Shown in pieces: positions 1 to 10,044 of a DNA stretch of 19,195 nt (the stretch's first letter is position 1; each line of letters opens with the position of its first letter). Below the pieces are notes generated by a model. The model was not told where the DNA came from. It was given only the letters and a program-made list of their open reading frames with translations, and did no database searches. Origin of the DNA: Paraspadella gotoi (taxonomy: Eukaryota > Animalia > Chaetognatha); contig CM119265.1 of the NCBI GenBank assembly GCA_051294375.1, forward strand, positions 25,012,884-25,032,078, given 5' to 3'. Both the position numbers and the translations under genes were made by a program.

Positions 1-644
1 GTTTAAAAAAAACTTGTATGAAGGATTAAAGAGGCGCCGGAAGCAAGTCGGTTGCCTTGTCCATCAAAAGGTTATTATTGAACGGTTTACAAAGTTTGTG
101 CTTGTTTTTTTTTTAATCTTTTTTTATTACAAACGATACGATTTAAAAAAAACTTTTATTAGCTTAGTAAAGGTGTTAACATATTTTTTACTTTTTCAAT
201 TCGCAAACGAATAAGTCGTTTCTTCACGTGAAGTGTGAATTTCTCCCGTCGACTTCATCCTTATTCTACATCGTGACTAGAGCCTCACCCTGACCTCATT
301 CTCTTCTCACTGCCTTTGCCGCATCATCACTTCGACAGCCACCGCCTTCACAATATCCATCACTCCATCATTACTTCAAACCTTCACATCCACCCTGCCA
401 TCACTTCATTTTCTCACAACTCCTCAGTCCTCACCATGCCTCCTTTTTCACTCTTCACCCCATTCGTTACGATTTCCCACTTTCCTTTGATTCTACCCAA
501 CAACATCACTCTTTTTTTCATCACAAAATCCTCCCAACCCCATCAATTCATTCCATTCCAATCCATCCGCTCGATTCTTCCCTTTTTTAATTTCTTACCA
601 AATCGCTCCATCACACTCCATCACACTTGCGACCAAATTACAAT

Positions 645-706
645 TTTAACAGCATTTAACAGCATTTAACAACATTTAACAGCATTTAACAGCATTTAAC
701 AGCATT
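645..706 (+). repeat. Tandem repeat, 10-bp unit AGCATTTAAC, about 6 copies
   Basis: Directly visible, with one variant unit (aacatttaac). A noisy copy lies at about 13875-13940. Confidence 0.95.
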
Positions 707-866
707 CCTTATCGGTATTCATAATTGTGATAGAATCATTGTTTGAAGAAATATTACGAACCAAGAATAATTTGCTAATTTGAAATATTATATAACAATA
801 TAATGGCATTGATGGATTGATGGTTTCTGATAACCCTAAAAAAAGTTAAAATAAAAATGTAATTTC

Positions 867-1479
867 AACTTTTTTAAAATTTTAATGTTTTGTCACTAAA
901 AATTATCATAAACTATTAAATCATCTAATGATGATGATGATGATTTTTTAAATTTTTTTCCAAATTTTGACCCACATATCACAAAAATATTGAAAAAATA
1001 ATTATATTTTGTGTAAACAACTATTTCGAATCTGCTTTTCGAAATAAAAAAATTTAAAAAAAAATTGTTTTGGACCTTTCCTATCTACGAACAAATGATT
1101 AAAACATTACGAGTATTTTAAGCCATATTTGAAAATTTGAGTCCATCGAAAGTTTTTTTCAGAAATGTATGACATGAGGCTTTTAAAACTTTTTTAAAAT
1201 TTTTATTGTTTTGTCACTAAAAATTATCATAACTATTAAAATCTATCTTATGATTGATGAATTGATTGATTGATGATGATTTTTTTAAGTTTTTTCCCAA
1301 TTTTTGACCACATATCACAAAAATATTTAAAAAAATAATTATATTTTGTGTAAACAAACTATTTCGAATCTGCTTTTCGAAATAAAAAAAATTTTAAAAA
1401 AAACATTTGTTGGACCTTTCCTATCTACGAACAAATTGCATTAAGAACATTACGAGTATTTTAAGCCATATTTGAAAAT
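867..1479 (+). repeat. Local tandem duplication of about 305 bp (867-1172 and 1187-1479, continuing past the gap); probable assembly artefact
   Basis: Both copies start aacttttttaaaatttt and contain ggacctttcctatctacgaacaaat. The second long copy (about 14117-14443) carries this block only once. Confidence 0.9.
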
Positions 1480-1848
1480 NNNNNNNNNNNNNNNNNNNNN
1501 NNNNNNNNNNNNNNNNNNNNNNNNNNNNNNNNNNNNNNNNNNNNNNNNNNNNNNNNNNNNNNNNNNNNNNNNNNNNNNNNNNNNNNNNNNNNNNNNNNNN
1601 NNNNNNNNNNNNNNNNNNNNNNNNNNNNNNNNNNNNNNNNNNNNNNNNNNNNNNNNNNNNNNNNNNNNNNNNNNNNNNNNNNNNNNNNNNNNNNNNNNNN
1701 NNNNNNNNNNNNNNNNNNNNNNNNNNNNNNNNNNNNNNNNNNNNNNNNNNNNNNNNNNNNNNNNNNNNNNNNNNNNNNNNNNNNNNNNNNNNNNNNNNNN
1801 NNNNNNNNNNNNNNNNNNNNNNNNNNNNNNNNNNNNNNNNNNNNNNNN
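1480..1848. other. Assembly gap (369 N), probably containing no real sequence
   Basis: The flanks tttgaaaat and aatttgagtcc overlap and are contiguous in the other copies (about 1128-1144 and 14401-14419). Confidence 0.9.
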
Positions 1849-1929
1849 AATTTGAGTCCATCGAAAGTTTTTTTCAGAAATGTATGAAGTTTCAATTGGG
1901 ACGGTGGCCAAATTAAACTTCTGACCCAC

Positions 1930-2090
1930 CTCATCACTCCATCACTCCACCACCCCTTCACTCCATCCCTACACCACCCAATCACCCCATCACTCTATCA
2001 CTCCAACACAACACCACTCCACCACCCTTTCACTCCATCACAACACCACCCCATAACTCCATCACTCCATCACAAGACCACCCCATCACG
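1930..2090 (+). repeat. Degenerate C/A-rich minisatellite (CCATCACT / CCACCACC units)
   Basis: Repeated ccatcactccatcactccaccacccc motifs. A copy lies at about 14488-14665. Confidence 0.8.
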
Positions 2091-2205
2091 CCCCCATCTA
2101 TCGCCGGTTCACGCCGGCTCATTTGCTGGAGCTTTAGGGGATCAAGCGAAATCGAAGCCACTTATTTCTTCGTTTCCCCAAGGAGTCTTTAAAAACGTCA
2201 CAGAT

Positions 2206-2260
<55 letters not shown>

Positions 2261-2280
2261 GCGTCGGCGTCGGCGGCGTC
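2206..2280 (+). repeat. (GTC)n microsatellite, 18 perfect units followed by GGC/GTC variants
   Basis: Directly visible. A mixed GTC/GTT tract follows at about 2342-2398 and a degraded copy lies at about 14788-14897. Confidence 0.97.
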
Positions 2281-2529
2281 CTTTCCCCCTGCCATCCATA
2301 TGGCTTTCGTTTTCATCCTTCTCTTCTTTGACATTTTAAGCGTCGTCGTCGTTGTTGTCGTCGTTGTTGTTGTTGTCTCGTTTTTCCTCGTCGTCGTCAA
2401 TAGCCGACGTTGTTATCGTTTTTTCGTTGTCGTAAGCAATGTATGTATGCATGTATGCATATATGCATGTATGCAAAAATTTAAATACTTTTTTCAATTC
2501 TCTCTCTGTACGTCCAATAATGGACACGA

Positions 2530-2759
2530 TTAAGTTTCGTTCGGATTTGACCGGACAATGTTCAGGGCGTTTGACCTGACCTGTAGGGCGTGTCGGGTCG
2601 GGTCTTCTGGGTCAACGATGACGTGATGATCCAAGAGAATTGGAAAGTTTAGATCCACGACGAGAGTTCGAATTGTGGCGTTGAAATCCCACCCGATGGC
2701 GTTGTGGTTGGCGTTAGCGTTGGCGTCGCCTTCTCCGTTGCCCTCGTTTCTGTCGTCGC
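2530..2759 (-). CDS. Possible terminal coding exon of an unknown protein (DDRNEGNGEGDANANANHNAIGWDFNATIRTLVVDLNFPILLDHHVIVDPEDPTRHALQVRSNALNIVRSNPNET*)
   Basis: GC-richer island with an open minus-strand frame of about 76 codons and natural composition. It is preceded by an acceptor-like tgtttttgtttttag and ends at TAA (2530-2532). No family recognised. Confidence 0.4.
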
Positions 2760-3088
2760 CTAAAAACAAAAACAGATTTGTTTTTTTTTGTTTCTTGTTT
2801 GAAAATCTTATTAGAAGCGACGAAGATGAATTTGTTTTGAAAGAAAAAAAAAAGAAAAAAAAGAAAAAAAAACCCGGATGTTTTCTTACAAATCGCGAAC
2901 TAAGAAAAAAAAATTTAAAACAAAAGAAAAAATTAGGAAAATAAAAAAAAAAAAATTTTGAAAAGAAAAGAGAAGAAAAAAACCTTGGGCGTTTGGGCTT
3001 CTGAGAGCAATATATCATCGCAGTACATATATATATGTGGATAAGGCACTAAGTGGGGCTGAAGAGTGCTATCCGCAACTTCTTTAAC

Positions 3089-3113
3089 NNNNNNNNNNNN
3101 NNNNNNNNNNNNN
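3089..3113. other. Assembly gap (25 N)
   Basis: N run lying exactly where direct homology with copy 2 ends. Confidence 0.98.
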
Positions 3114-3539
3114 AAGAGAGAGTATATCAAGTGCATGTATGGTTGGGTAGATGATGAACTGTATAGATTCAATTAACGTATGTAATATGTATAGTATATC
3201 TAAGGTTTCTAAGAGATAATTTAATATAATGTTTAAATAAATATAAATTATAGTTTACTTTTTTTTTTCTTTAATTCTCCTCGCCAGTGTTGTTTTTTAG
3301 CAGACACTATGCACACTTAACTGTCTTAAATAAAAATAAATGCGCCAAACGCGTTTTAGATCATTTCGCGAGCTTCTCATTTTTTTTCGTTTGGTGAACT
3401 TAAAGGAAAAAAATAGAAGATAAAAGAAAAAGTAATGAAAATGATTTTCTTTTTTTTGTCTTTTTTTCTTTTTTCGTTCCGGCAAAAGAGAAAACAAAAC
3501 TTTTACTCTTGCGAAATTGCGATGAACTTTTTAATTTAG

Positions 3540-4037
3540 CTCTCTCTCTCTCTCTCTCTACTCTCATCTCTTCTCTCTCTCTCCTATCTCTCTCTCTCGC
3601 TCTTACTTCTCTGTACTCTCCTACTCCTCTCTCCTCTCTCTCGCTCTCTTCCTCTCTCTCTCTCTTCTCTCCTGCTCCTCCTCGCATTTCCCCTGAACCT
3701 AAAACGTTTTTTCCTCCACGCTGATTGTATTTTTAAGAGGTCGTGAGATCTCTTATTAGTTCTATCTCGCATTCTTGGGCCAAAAGGAGGACAGAGCGGG
3801 TGACGTCCTGCGGGCCGTCGCCGGCGAGAGGGTCTGAGAACGAGGGAGACGGGGGTCGATTTTTTTTTTAAGACGGCGCCCGTGCTTCCCGGCTCGATGG
3901 CGCTCTCCACTCTCTTTCTCTTTCACTCTCTCTTCTCTTCTCCTTCTCTCCCTCTCTCTCTCTCTCTTCTCTCTCTTCTCCCCCCGTCCTCTCTCTCTTC
4001 TGTCTCTCCTACTCTTCTTCTCCTCTGTGTCTCCTCT
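3540..4037 (+). repeat. Two imperfect (CT)n tracts (about 3540-3683 and 3903-4037) flanking a CpG-rich island
   Basis: Directly visible. Confidence 0.9.
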
Positions 4038-4130
4038 AATCAGCGCTCTTTCCGCAACGCGTTATCTCGGCGCCGGATCTTGTAGCGAAAAAAAACACGC
4101 AGGCTCGGACGGATGATCGGCGGGGGACAT

Positions 4131-4310
4131 GGGGTGGGGAGTGGGGGGAGAGGACGAAGAGGGAAGAAGGGAGGAGGGATGTCGGCAGAGGAAAGAGGAG
4201 AGAAGAAAGAAGAAAGAAATGAAAAGAAACGAAAAGAAAGAAGAGGAAAGAAAGAAAGAAAGATAAGAAGAGAAAGAATAAGTAAAAAATGGAAAAGGTA
4301 AAGAAAGGTA
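4131..4310 (+). repeat. Polypurine (G/A) low-complexity tract
   Basis: Almost exclusively A and G, starting with G runs. Confidence 0.85.
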
Positions 4311-4805
4311 ATATTAATCAGAGTTAATTAAAAATAGTAAAACGATGTTTTTTCTGCAAATTTATTAAATTAGCTACAAAAAAATTGGTGTAGGAAACTT
4401 TGGGAAAAACAGAATTAGTTTTAGATTTAAGAGTCGATAAGAATTTATATTTTGCGTCATTTAAATTTTCAATCGGAATATACAATTTATTTTAAAATAT
4501 TACATGAGGCTCTAGATATTTTAATAAAAATAGCGCTTAAAAGTTAAATATGCAAGAGCACTAGACGAGTATGATGTAAAAACTGTAATTAGATAATTCA
4601 GGTAAGACGAATGCTCAGTTATTGGTGCGTCGGTGCCGCAGTAGCGCTCGCGCGGGGTGCCGCCACGCCGACGACGCCCAGAGCAACGACGGGCTGGTGT
4701 TGGAAAGAGCGCAGCCTGGAGTAACACGCTTGACTTAGAAAGTTGTCATTATTTTCGCATACGTTTCTCTTGATTTTTGTCGCCGTGTGGTCCTATTACC
4801 TGCAT

Positions 4806-4965
4806 GTCTCTTCTCCTCGTCACTCTCTGTCGTCTCTCTCTGCTCTCTCTTCTCCTAGTCTCTCTCTCTTCTCCTCTGTCCTTTCTCTTCCGCCGGTGTC
4901 CTATTCTGCATTTCTCTCTCATCCTCCCCTCTCTCTCACATCTCACGCTCTCTGCTCTCCTCTCA
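4806..4965 (+). repeat. Imperfect (CT)n tract
   Basis: Directly visible. It corresponds to (GA)n at 18922-18947 plus the adjacent gap. Confidence 0.85.
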
Positions 4966-5597
4966 AACTTCCTTTGTTTCTTGTTCTGCTGCATTACTTA
5001 TTTTCCCTCCTCCCTTAATTTTCTCCAATAGCCTGTTTTTTCTTTTCACTGGATCCGTCGCTTACGTCGCTCATCTTCTTTCTTTTTATCTCTTTTTCTT
5101 TTTTTTTTCTTTCTCCTTCCCATCCGTTTCCGGGAGATTCCTCGTTCCTTTTTTTATTATTAAAAAAAAACCTGGGGAGGAAAAAGTTTGAGACGGTTTT
5201 GGATTGCAGCGTCACCTCAGTCAACGGATTCGTTACTCTTCCTCCTCCTCTTGCCTACCTTTCTTGCGCTCTTCTTTTCCTTCTACTTAGCTCTTCTTCT
5301 TCTCCTTGTCCTGTTCGCTTTTTCAATTCCGGGGCTTCAACCTCTACTGTTGATAACAAAGCGCTTGAAAAAAAAAAATTTATTCTACTTTTTATGGAAT
5401 AAAGAAAAAAAGTAACGAAAGAATAAGAAAAAAGAGAAGAAAGAAAAAGATAGAATGGGTCCGAAAGTATGAAAGAATGGCAGAATAAGTTTTGCTTATT
5501 ATCTCCTTACTTGGAAATTTATATGCCAAATTATCTTGGGATTGCAAGTTGGCCCAATGCAAATGCCGTCATGATAAGCCCGCTTGATAACGTATCG

Positions 5598-5653
5598 GTA
5601 AGTTGTTTTGTTGTTTTTGTCCTTGTCCTCAATGTTATATCCTCTCTCTCCAG
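5598..5653 (+). other. Possible short (56-nt) GT-AG spliceosomal intron
   Basis: G|GTAAGT donor, T-rich body and cctctctctccag|G acceptor between two more complex segments. The acceptor is retained in the inverted copy (about 18109-18119). Confidence 0.35.
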
Positions 5654-7057
5654 GCGATTTCTCTGTCTTCCATTCCCTGTTTTCACAATTTGAAAATTTG
5701 TTTGGCGGCAACAAGAATTAATTTAAGGGGAACATTTCCTTTTAGAATCCATATCTCGTCCTTATTCCTTGTTATCAACCATCCCTTCTCTTCACCTCTT
5801 CGACTTCAGCTCACATTACTCATTGCGCGACGTTCGCCAGTTACCAGCTCACCATACATTCACCCGTACATTCATTCGGGGGTGAGAGGCCAGGTGAAAG
5901 TTTCCCCAAGTTTGGCGGTCTCACCAATATTTCTGTGCCGTAATTTCATGCAATTTTTAACAAAATCTGTTACTGTACTTTGTAACGAGATAAACCGCTC
6001 GCTCAAAAAGGCTTTCCCCATTGGGCGATAAGAAGGCGCTCCCCTAGAAGCAGTGTTAACCCCTTTGGGGAAAAAATTTTTTATAGCATTTAGGCGTAGC
6101 CCAATATATATATTCCATGTTGACCATTTGAGGGGCGACCAATAGGAAGCACTAATTAACATTACTTAAAACGCCACAGCCGGGGTGGTAAGACAAAAAT
6201 ATTTGTTTATATTTGAAACTTAATAGATGCTAAACTATCCTACTTGCATTGTAACCCAGGCTTAGTTTCTGAAACTATCGCTCTACTATTTTTAAATTAT
6301 TAAAATAACTAAATAATTTCAAAAATATTACTAATCTTAGGAAAAGAAGTTAGGAAACTTTTAATTGAGGTTCTATCGAAACTTGCTGATTTTTAAAAAA
6401 ATCAAGAAATTTTCAGATTCTACCTACATTTCCTTTCAGTTGGCTTCTCGCATTTATTTTCGTACGATCCACACGTATAGAAGTTAGAGGCAAATAAGTG
6501 CTACTAAGTGGAAAAAATGGCGGAAAAATGCATTTAGTTTATCCACACATTCTTGGTATTGAGTTTATTTGTTCTAGTTTTCAAATTGGAGTTAGTTGTT
6601 ATTTTTTTAATTTTTTTAAATTTTGTTGGCCGGGGAACTCCCCGATCTCAATCAATTGAACTGGCTTTGATGAAAAAGATAGAAGCGGCAACATGCAACA
6701 TCGGGCTGAAAAAGAATATTTTTTGGCGCTAAAAGGTGTGGAAAAACAATTTCACCTTTCGTAACTCAATTCGCTTTACGAGAGCATGCCCGAGAATGCA
6801 GGCTAGTGGGTCAGTGCCGAGGGAGGGGCATACCAAAATAATTGAGAGAAGTTTTACCCATGTTTTTGAGTATTTGATTTATTGAATAATGAACTCTTTA
6901 GAAAAAAAAAGTTTTCTTAACTTTTTTTACTAGATAGTAAGAAAACTGCACTTGTTTTTGACACAAAACTGTCTTATTCAAAAACATTAAAAAAAAAAAC
7001 TATTGCTCTCTTACTTCTCTTTCCCCCCCACCCCAAGAAATATACCAAACCATAGTC

Positions 7058-7175
7058 CTATACATATAAGTGCTATAATATAAGGTCTATAATAATAAGT
7101 AGTCGAGCCATGTGCATAAGTCACCGCCTCTATAAGCATAAGCTAGGGTGCCGCAACTCAATGGGGTGAGTAAAA
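7058..7175 (-). repeat. Element C (~118 bp), inverted copy
   Basis: Noisy reverse complement of 7877-7994 (ctatacatataag ... ctcaatggggtgagtaaaa). Confidence 0.9.
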
Positions 7176-7876
7176 AATTTAGATCTGAGTACAATGCTGT
7201 ACGGGGAATGAGTTTGACATTTTTAAGATAATTTCAATGGTACAAAAAATTTCTAATATGGCTTCTAATAACGCGTAGTAATCTAATTAATTTTAATATT
7301 TATTTTATAATAGGAAAGAGCCGCCAAAATTTTTTATGAATTTTTAATTAAGACGGGCACAATTCAATAGCATCATAAAAGTTGTATGCACAAAGTATGG
7401 ATTCTTTTTAAATATTTTTTAGACTAAGTGGTCAAAATAAGAAAAAAACGTAAAAAATATCATCATCATCATCTTATGTTTTTTTTAGTTTTTTTATATT
7501 TTGACTATAAAAAAGTAGAATTTTTAAAAGAGATAATTATATTTCGTTGTTTAAAGACCTTTATTATGCTCTATAGAATCCATAAAAAAATTTTAAGATT
7601 TAAAAAAAATTTTTTGGCTCTAAGTATGTAATATTTTTTAAATTAGGCTAGTACCTAAAGAAGAAAGCATATTTGGAAAAAAAAAATATTTTTATAACAT
7701 AATCTATGGTCATGATAAGATTATTTTAACGCTGTATACATGTTAGCAATTTAAATTTTTCATCGGCTATGGCTAAATTAGAAGCATTGACAACTTTCTG
7801 TCGTGGACCCGGTGTCGTGGGAAAACCGCTCAAGCGGGTCCAGCCCAGGACATCGTTCCAATGGCTGCTAGGTGGG

Positions 7877-7995
7877 TTTTGACTCACCCCATTGAGTGCG
7901 GCTACCCCTAGCTTAATGCTTATAGGTGGGGTGAACTTATGCAATGGCCGACTACTTATATGTATAGACTTATATGTATAGACTTATATGTATAA
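7877..7995 (+). repeat. Element C (~118 bp): TTTT, an internal inverted repeat (tcacccca ... tggggtga) and three copies of ACTTATATGTATAG
   Basis: The 8-bp stem pairs 7884-7891 with 7927-7934. The 14-mers lie at 7954-7967, 7968-7981 and 7982-7995. Confidence 0.9.
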
Positions 7996-8527
7996 AGAAA
8001 ATAAAAGAAAGACGATAAAGAAAAATATAAAAAAAATTATTAGAAAAACGAAAAAAGAAAAAGAGGATAAAAGGAAAAAGTAGCAAAAAAAAAAAGCGGA
8101 AAAATATAGAAAAAAAGGAAAGAAAAAAGGAAACCGGAAAAAACATTAAATCTTTCTTTTGTTTTCGTTGCGTCGGAGAGGAAAGGGGCAAGAGAGGAGC
8201 CTAACAGAAAGTTGCATCGGACACGGCGCATTTTTTATCGGTCAAAGGTCAGCGGGTAAGTCGCATTCGGCTACAAGGCCAGGCGTGAGGTGAGGGCTGG
8301 GGGTGAGGTGGTGAGCGGGGTCAGAAAAAGGGAACGGGGTGAGGACGGTCGAAAATAAAAAATTCGGCCTAGCGAAGGACATGGACGCTTTGGTAAAGTT
8401 TCTGGCAGCAAGCTCTGTGGGCGAAAGGGTCACGGATGGAGATCAAGGGGTAAGGAAGCGAAAAAGGGTCATTGACTTTGTCCGCCTGACGGAGGCGGGC
8501 GTGACGAAAATATCACCCCTTTAAACC

Positions 8528-9170
8528 AAAAAAAGAAAAGAAAAGAAAAAATAATCTAGTTGACCTCTATTTTTAGGATGGAGAAAAAAAAAAGTAAATA
8601 AAAACATAGAAGATCGACAAAAAGAGGGAAAAGCGAAAATAAATAAGGAAGAATAAAGGAAATGTGAAAAGGAAAAAAGGTTAAGAAGGAAAAAAAGGGA
8701 AAAAGAAAAAAAAAAAAAAAAAAAAAAAAAAAAGGAAAAAAGTGTAAAAACAATAATTAAGTAAAAAAAATGGAGGAGGAAAGAAAATAAGTTTGAAAGA
8801 AAAAGAAGAAATAGCGAAAAGAAAGAGCGAAAGGCAGGTAAAAAGAGAAAGACGGTTTAAAAGAAAGAAGCAAAGCAAGGAGGAACGGTGGAATAATAAC
8901 AAGAAAAGCAAAGTTTAAACAAAGACACGAAAATCGTAAGAAAAGAAAGGTAGAGTCTTAAGATAACTGGAGGAAAAAAAGGAAAGGGAGGTTTAAAAGA
9001 AAAGAGAAGAGAAGGAAGAAACGAGGAAAAAAGAAACAAGTCTGAAAATAAAAGAAGCGAAAAAAAGGACGAAGGAAAAAAGAAAAATAAATTATAAAAG
9101 GAAAAGAAGGGGATAGAGGAAGAAAAGAGGAAAAAAGAAAAAGAAAAGAATAAAAAGAAAAGAAGAAGGT
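8528..9170 (+). repeat. Long A/G-rich low-complexity tract including a poly-A run
   Basis: Directly visible. A similar tract lies at about 7995-8150. Confidence 0.85.
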
Positions 9171-9551
9171 GAGATCTACGGCATCGACAAAAAAAAAAAG
9201 GCGACCGAATGCTCCGGAGGAGCCATGACCGCGAATTGAATCTTCCGCCAGGGGACGAGATGGCGCTTCGGTCGGCCTTGGGAATAAATTAAACGGGAAG
9301 TTCAAAACAAAAGATCTCTCTCGAAACGACCGGGGGGCGGGAATAACAAACCAATTACCGACGTGCCAGATAGCTCTACCGCGAGTGGCGGTGCGGGGAG
9401 AGAGACGGCTGGCCGGGGGGGGGGGGGAGAAGCCGCCAACGGCGGACTGCATACTGTTTTGGGTTGGAAGCGGACAGATCTCATCTCTCGCGCTCTTGCG
9501 CCCACCTATCTATCGACGCTCGTGTCGCAGAGGCTCAGACATCAAAACCCC

Positions 9552-9754
9552 ACTCTCGCTCTCAGTCTCTCTTTCCCCGTCCTCCGTGCCTCTGTCGCTA
9601 CCGTGTTTTGTTCTCTCGTCGTCTTCTTCATGTCTCTCTCGTCTCTCTCTACTGTCTCTCTCTCTCTCAGCTCTCGCCTCTCTCTCTCTCTCTCGTCTCT
9701 CGTCCCATCTCTCTCTCTCTCTTCTCTCGTCTCTCTCTCGGCTCTCGCTCTCGC

Positions 9755-9786
<32 letters not shown>

Positions 9787-10043
9787 ATTCTCTCTCTCGC
9801 TCGTCTTCTTTCTCTCATTGTTCTCCGTTTGTACTTCGTTCTCTCTCTCTCTCTTTTTCTATTTTTTCTCTCTTTCATTTTCTTTTTCTTTTTTTATTTT
9901 CAGTTGCGGAAGGAAGAAATATTCAACGCCCACATTAATCAGTCTCTCCTCTCTCTCCTCTCTTTCTCTCTGGTCTTTCTCTCTCTCTCTCTTCTTTCTC
10001 TTTCATCTTTCTCTCTCCGCCTGTCTCTCTCTCTCCTTCTCTC
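9552..10043 (+). repeat. Imperfect (CT)n tracts (about 9552-9900 and 9943-10043)
   Basis: Directly visible. Confidence 0.9.
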
Positions 10044-10044
10044 A

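Larger units (their letters stand above)
1..3088 (+). repeat. Long direct repeat, copy 1 (segment A)
   Basis: Collinear with 13199-15759 throughout. Shared landmarks include gtatgaaggattaaa, the agcatttaac array, the ccatcact array, (GTC)n and the terminal cgcaacttctttaac. Confidence 0.95.
4513..7876 (-). repeat. Long inverted repeat, copy 1 (reverse complement of 15761-19195)
   Basis: Anchors: gcagcctggagtaacac at about 4711 vs 19019-19035; gagacggttttggat at about 5190 vs 18572-18586; gtaacccagg at about 6251 vs 17544-17553; catcggctatggctaa at about 7761 vs 15861-15876. Confidence 0.93.

Noticed and set aside
1421-1985. ORFs spanning the N gap (also those at 2933-3172 and 18413-19139)
   Set aside because: They are open only because N translates as X.
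2134-2533. Poly-Asp, poly-Ser and poly-Thr ORFs
   Set aside because: They are driven by (GTC)n/(GTT)n microsatellites that are open in several frames, with no independent coding evidence.
2660-2700. tRNA or SINE B-box (gttcgaat)
   Set aside because: There is no T-arm pairing, cloverleaf or upstream A-box.
3055-3088. Hammerhead ribozyme (ctgaagag followed by a short stem)
   Set aside because: No GAAA follows stem II, and the motif is not preserved in copy 2.
6057-7876. piggyBac-like element bounded by TTAA-CCC ends
   Set aside because: The putative terminal inverted repeats match for only about 3-4 bp and there is no transposase.
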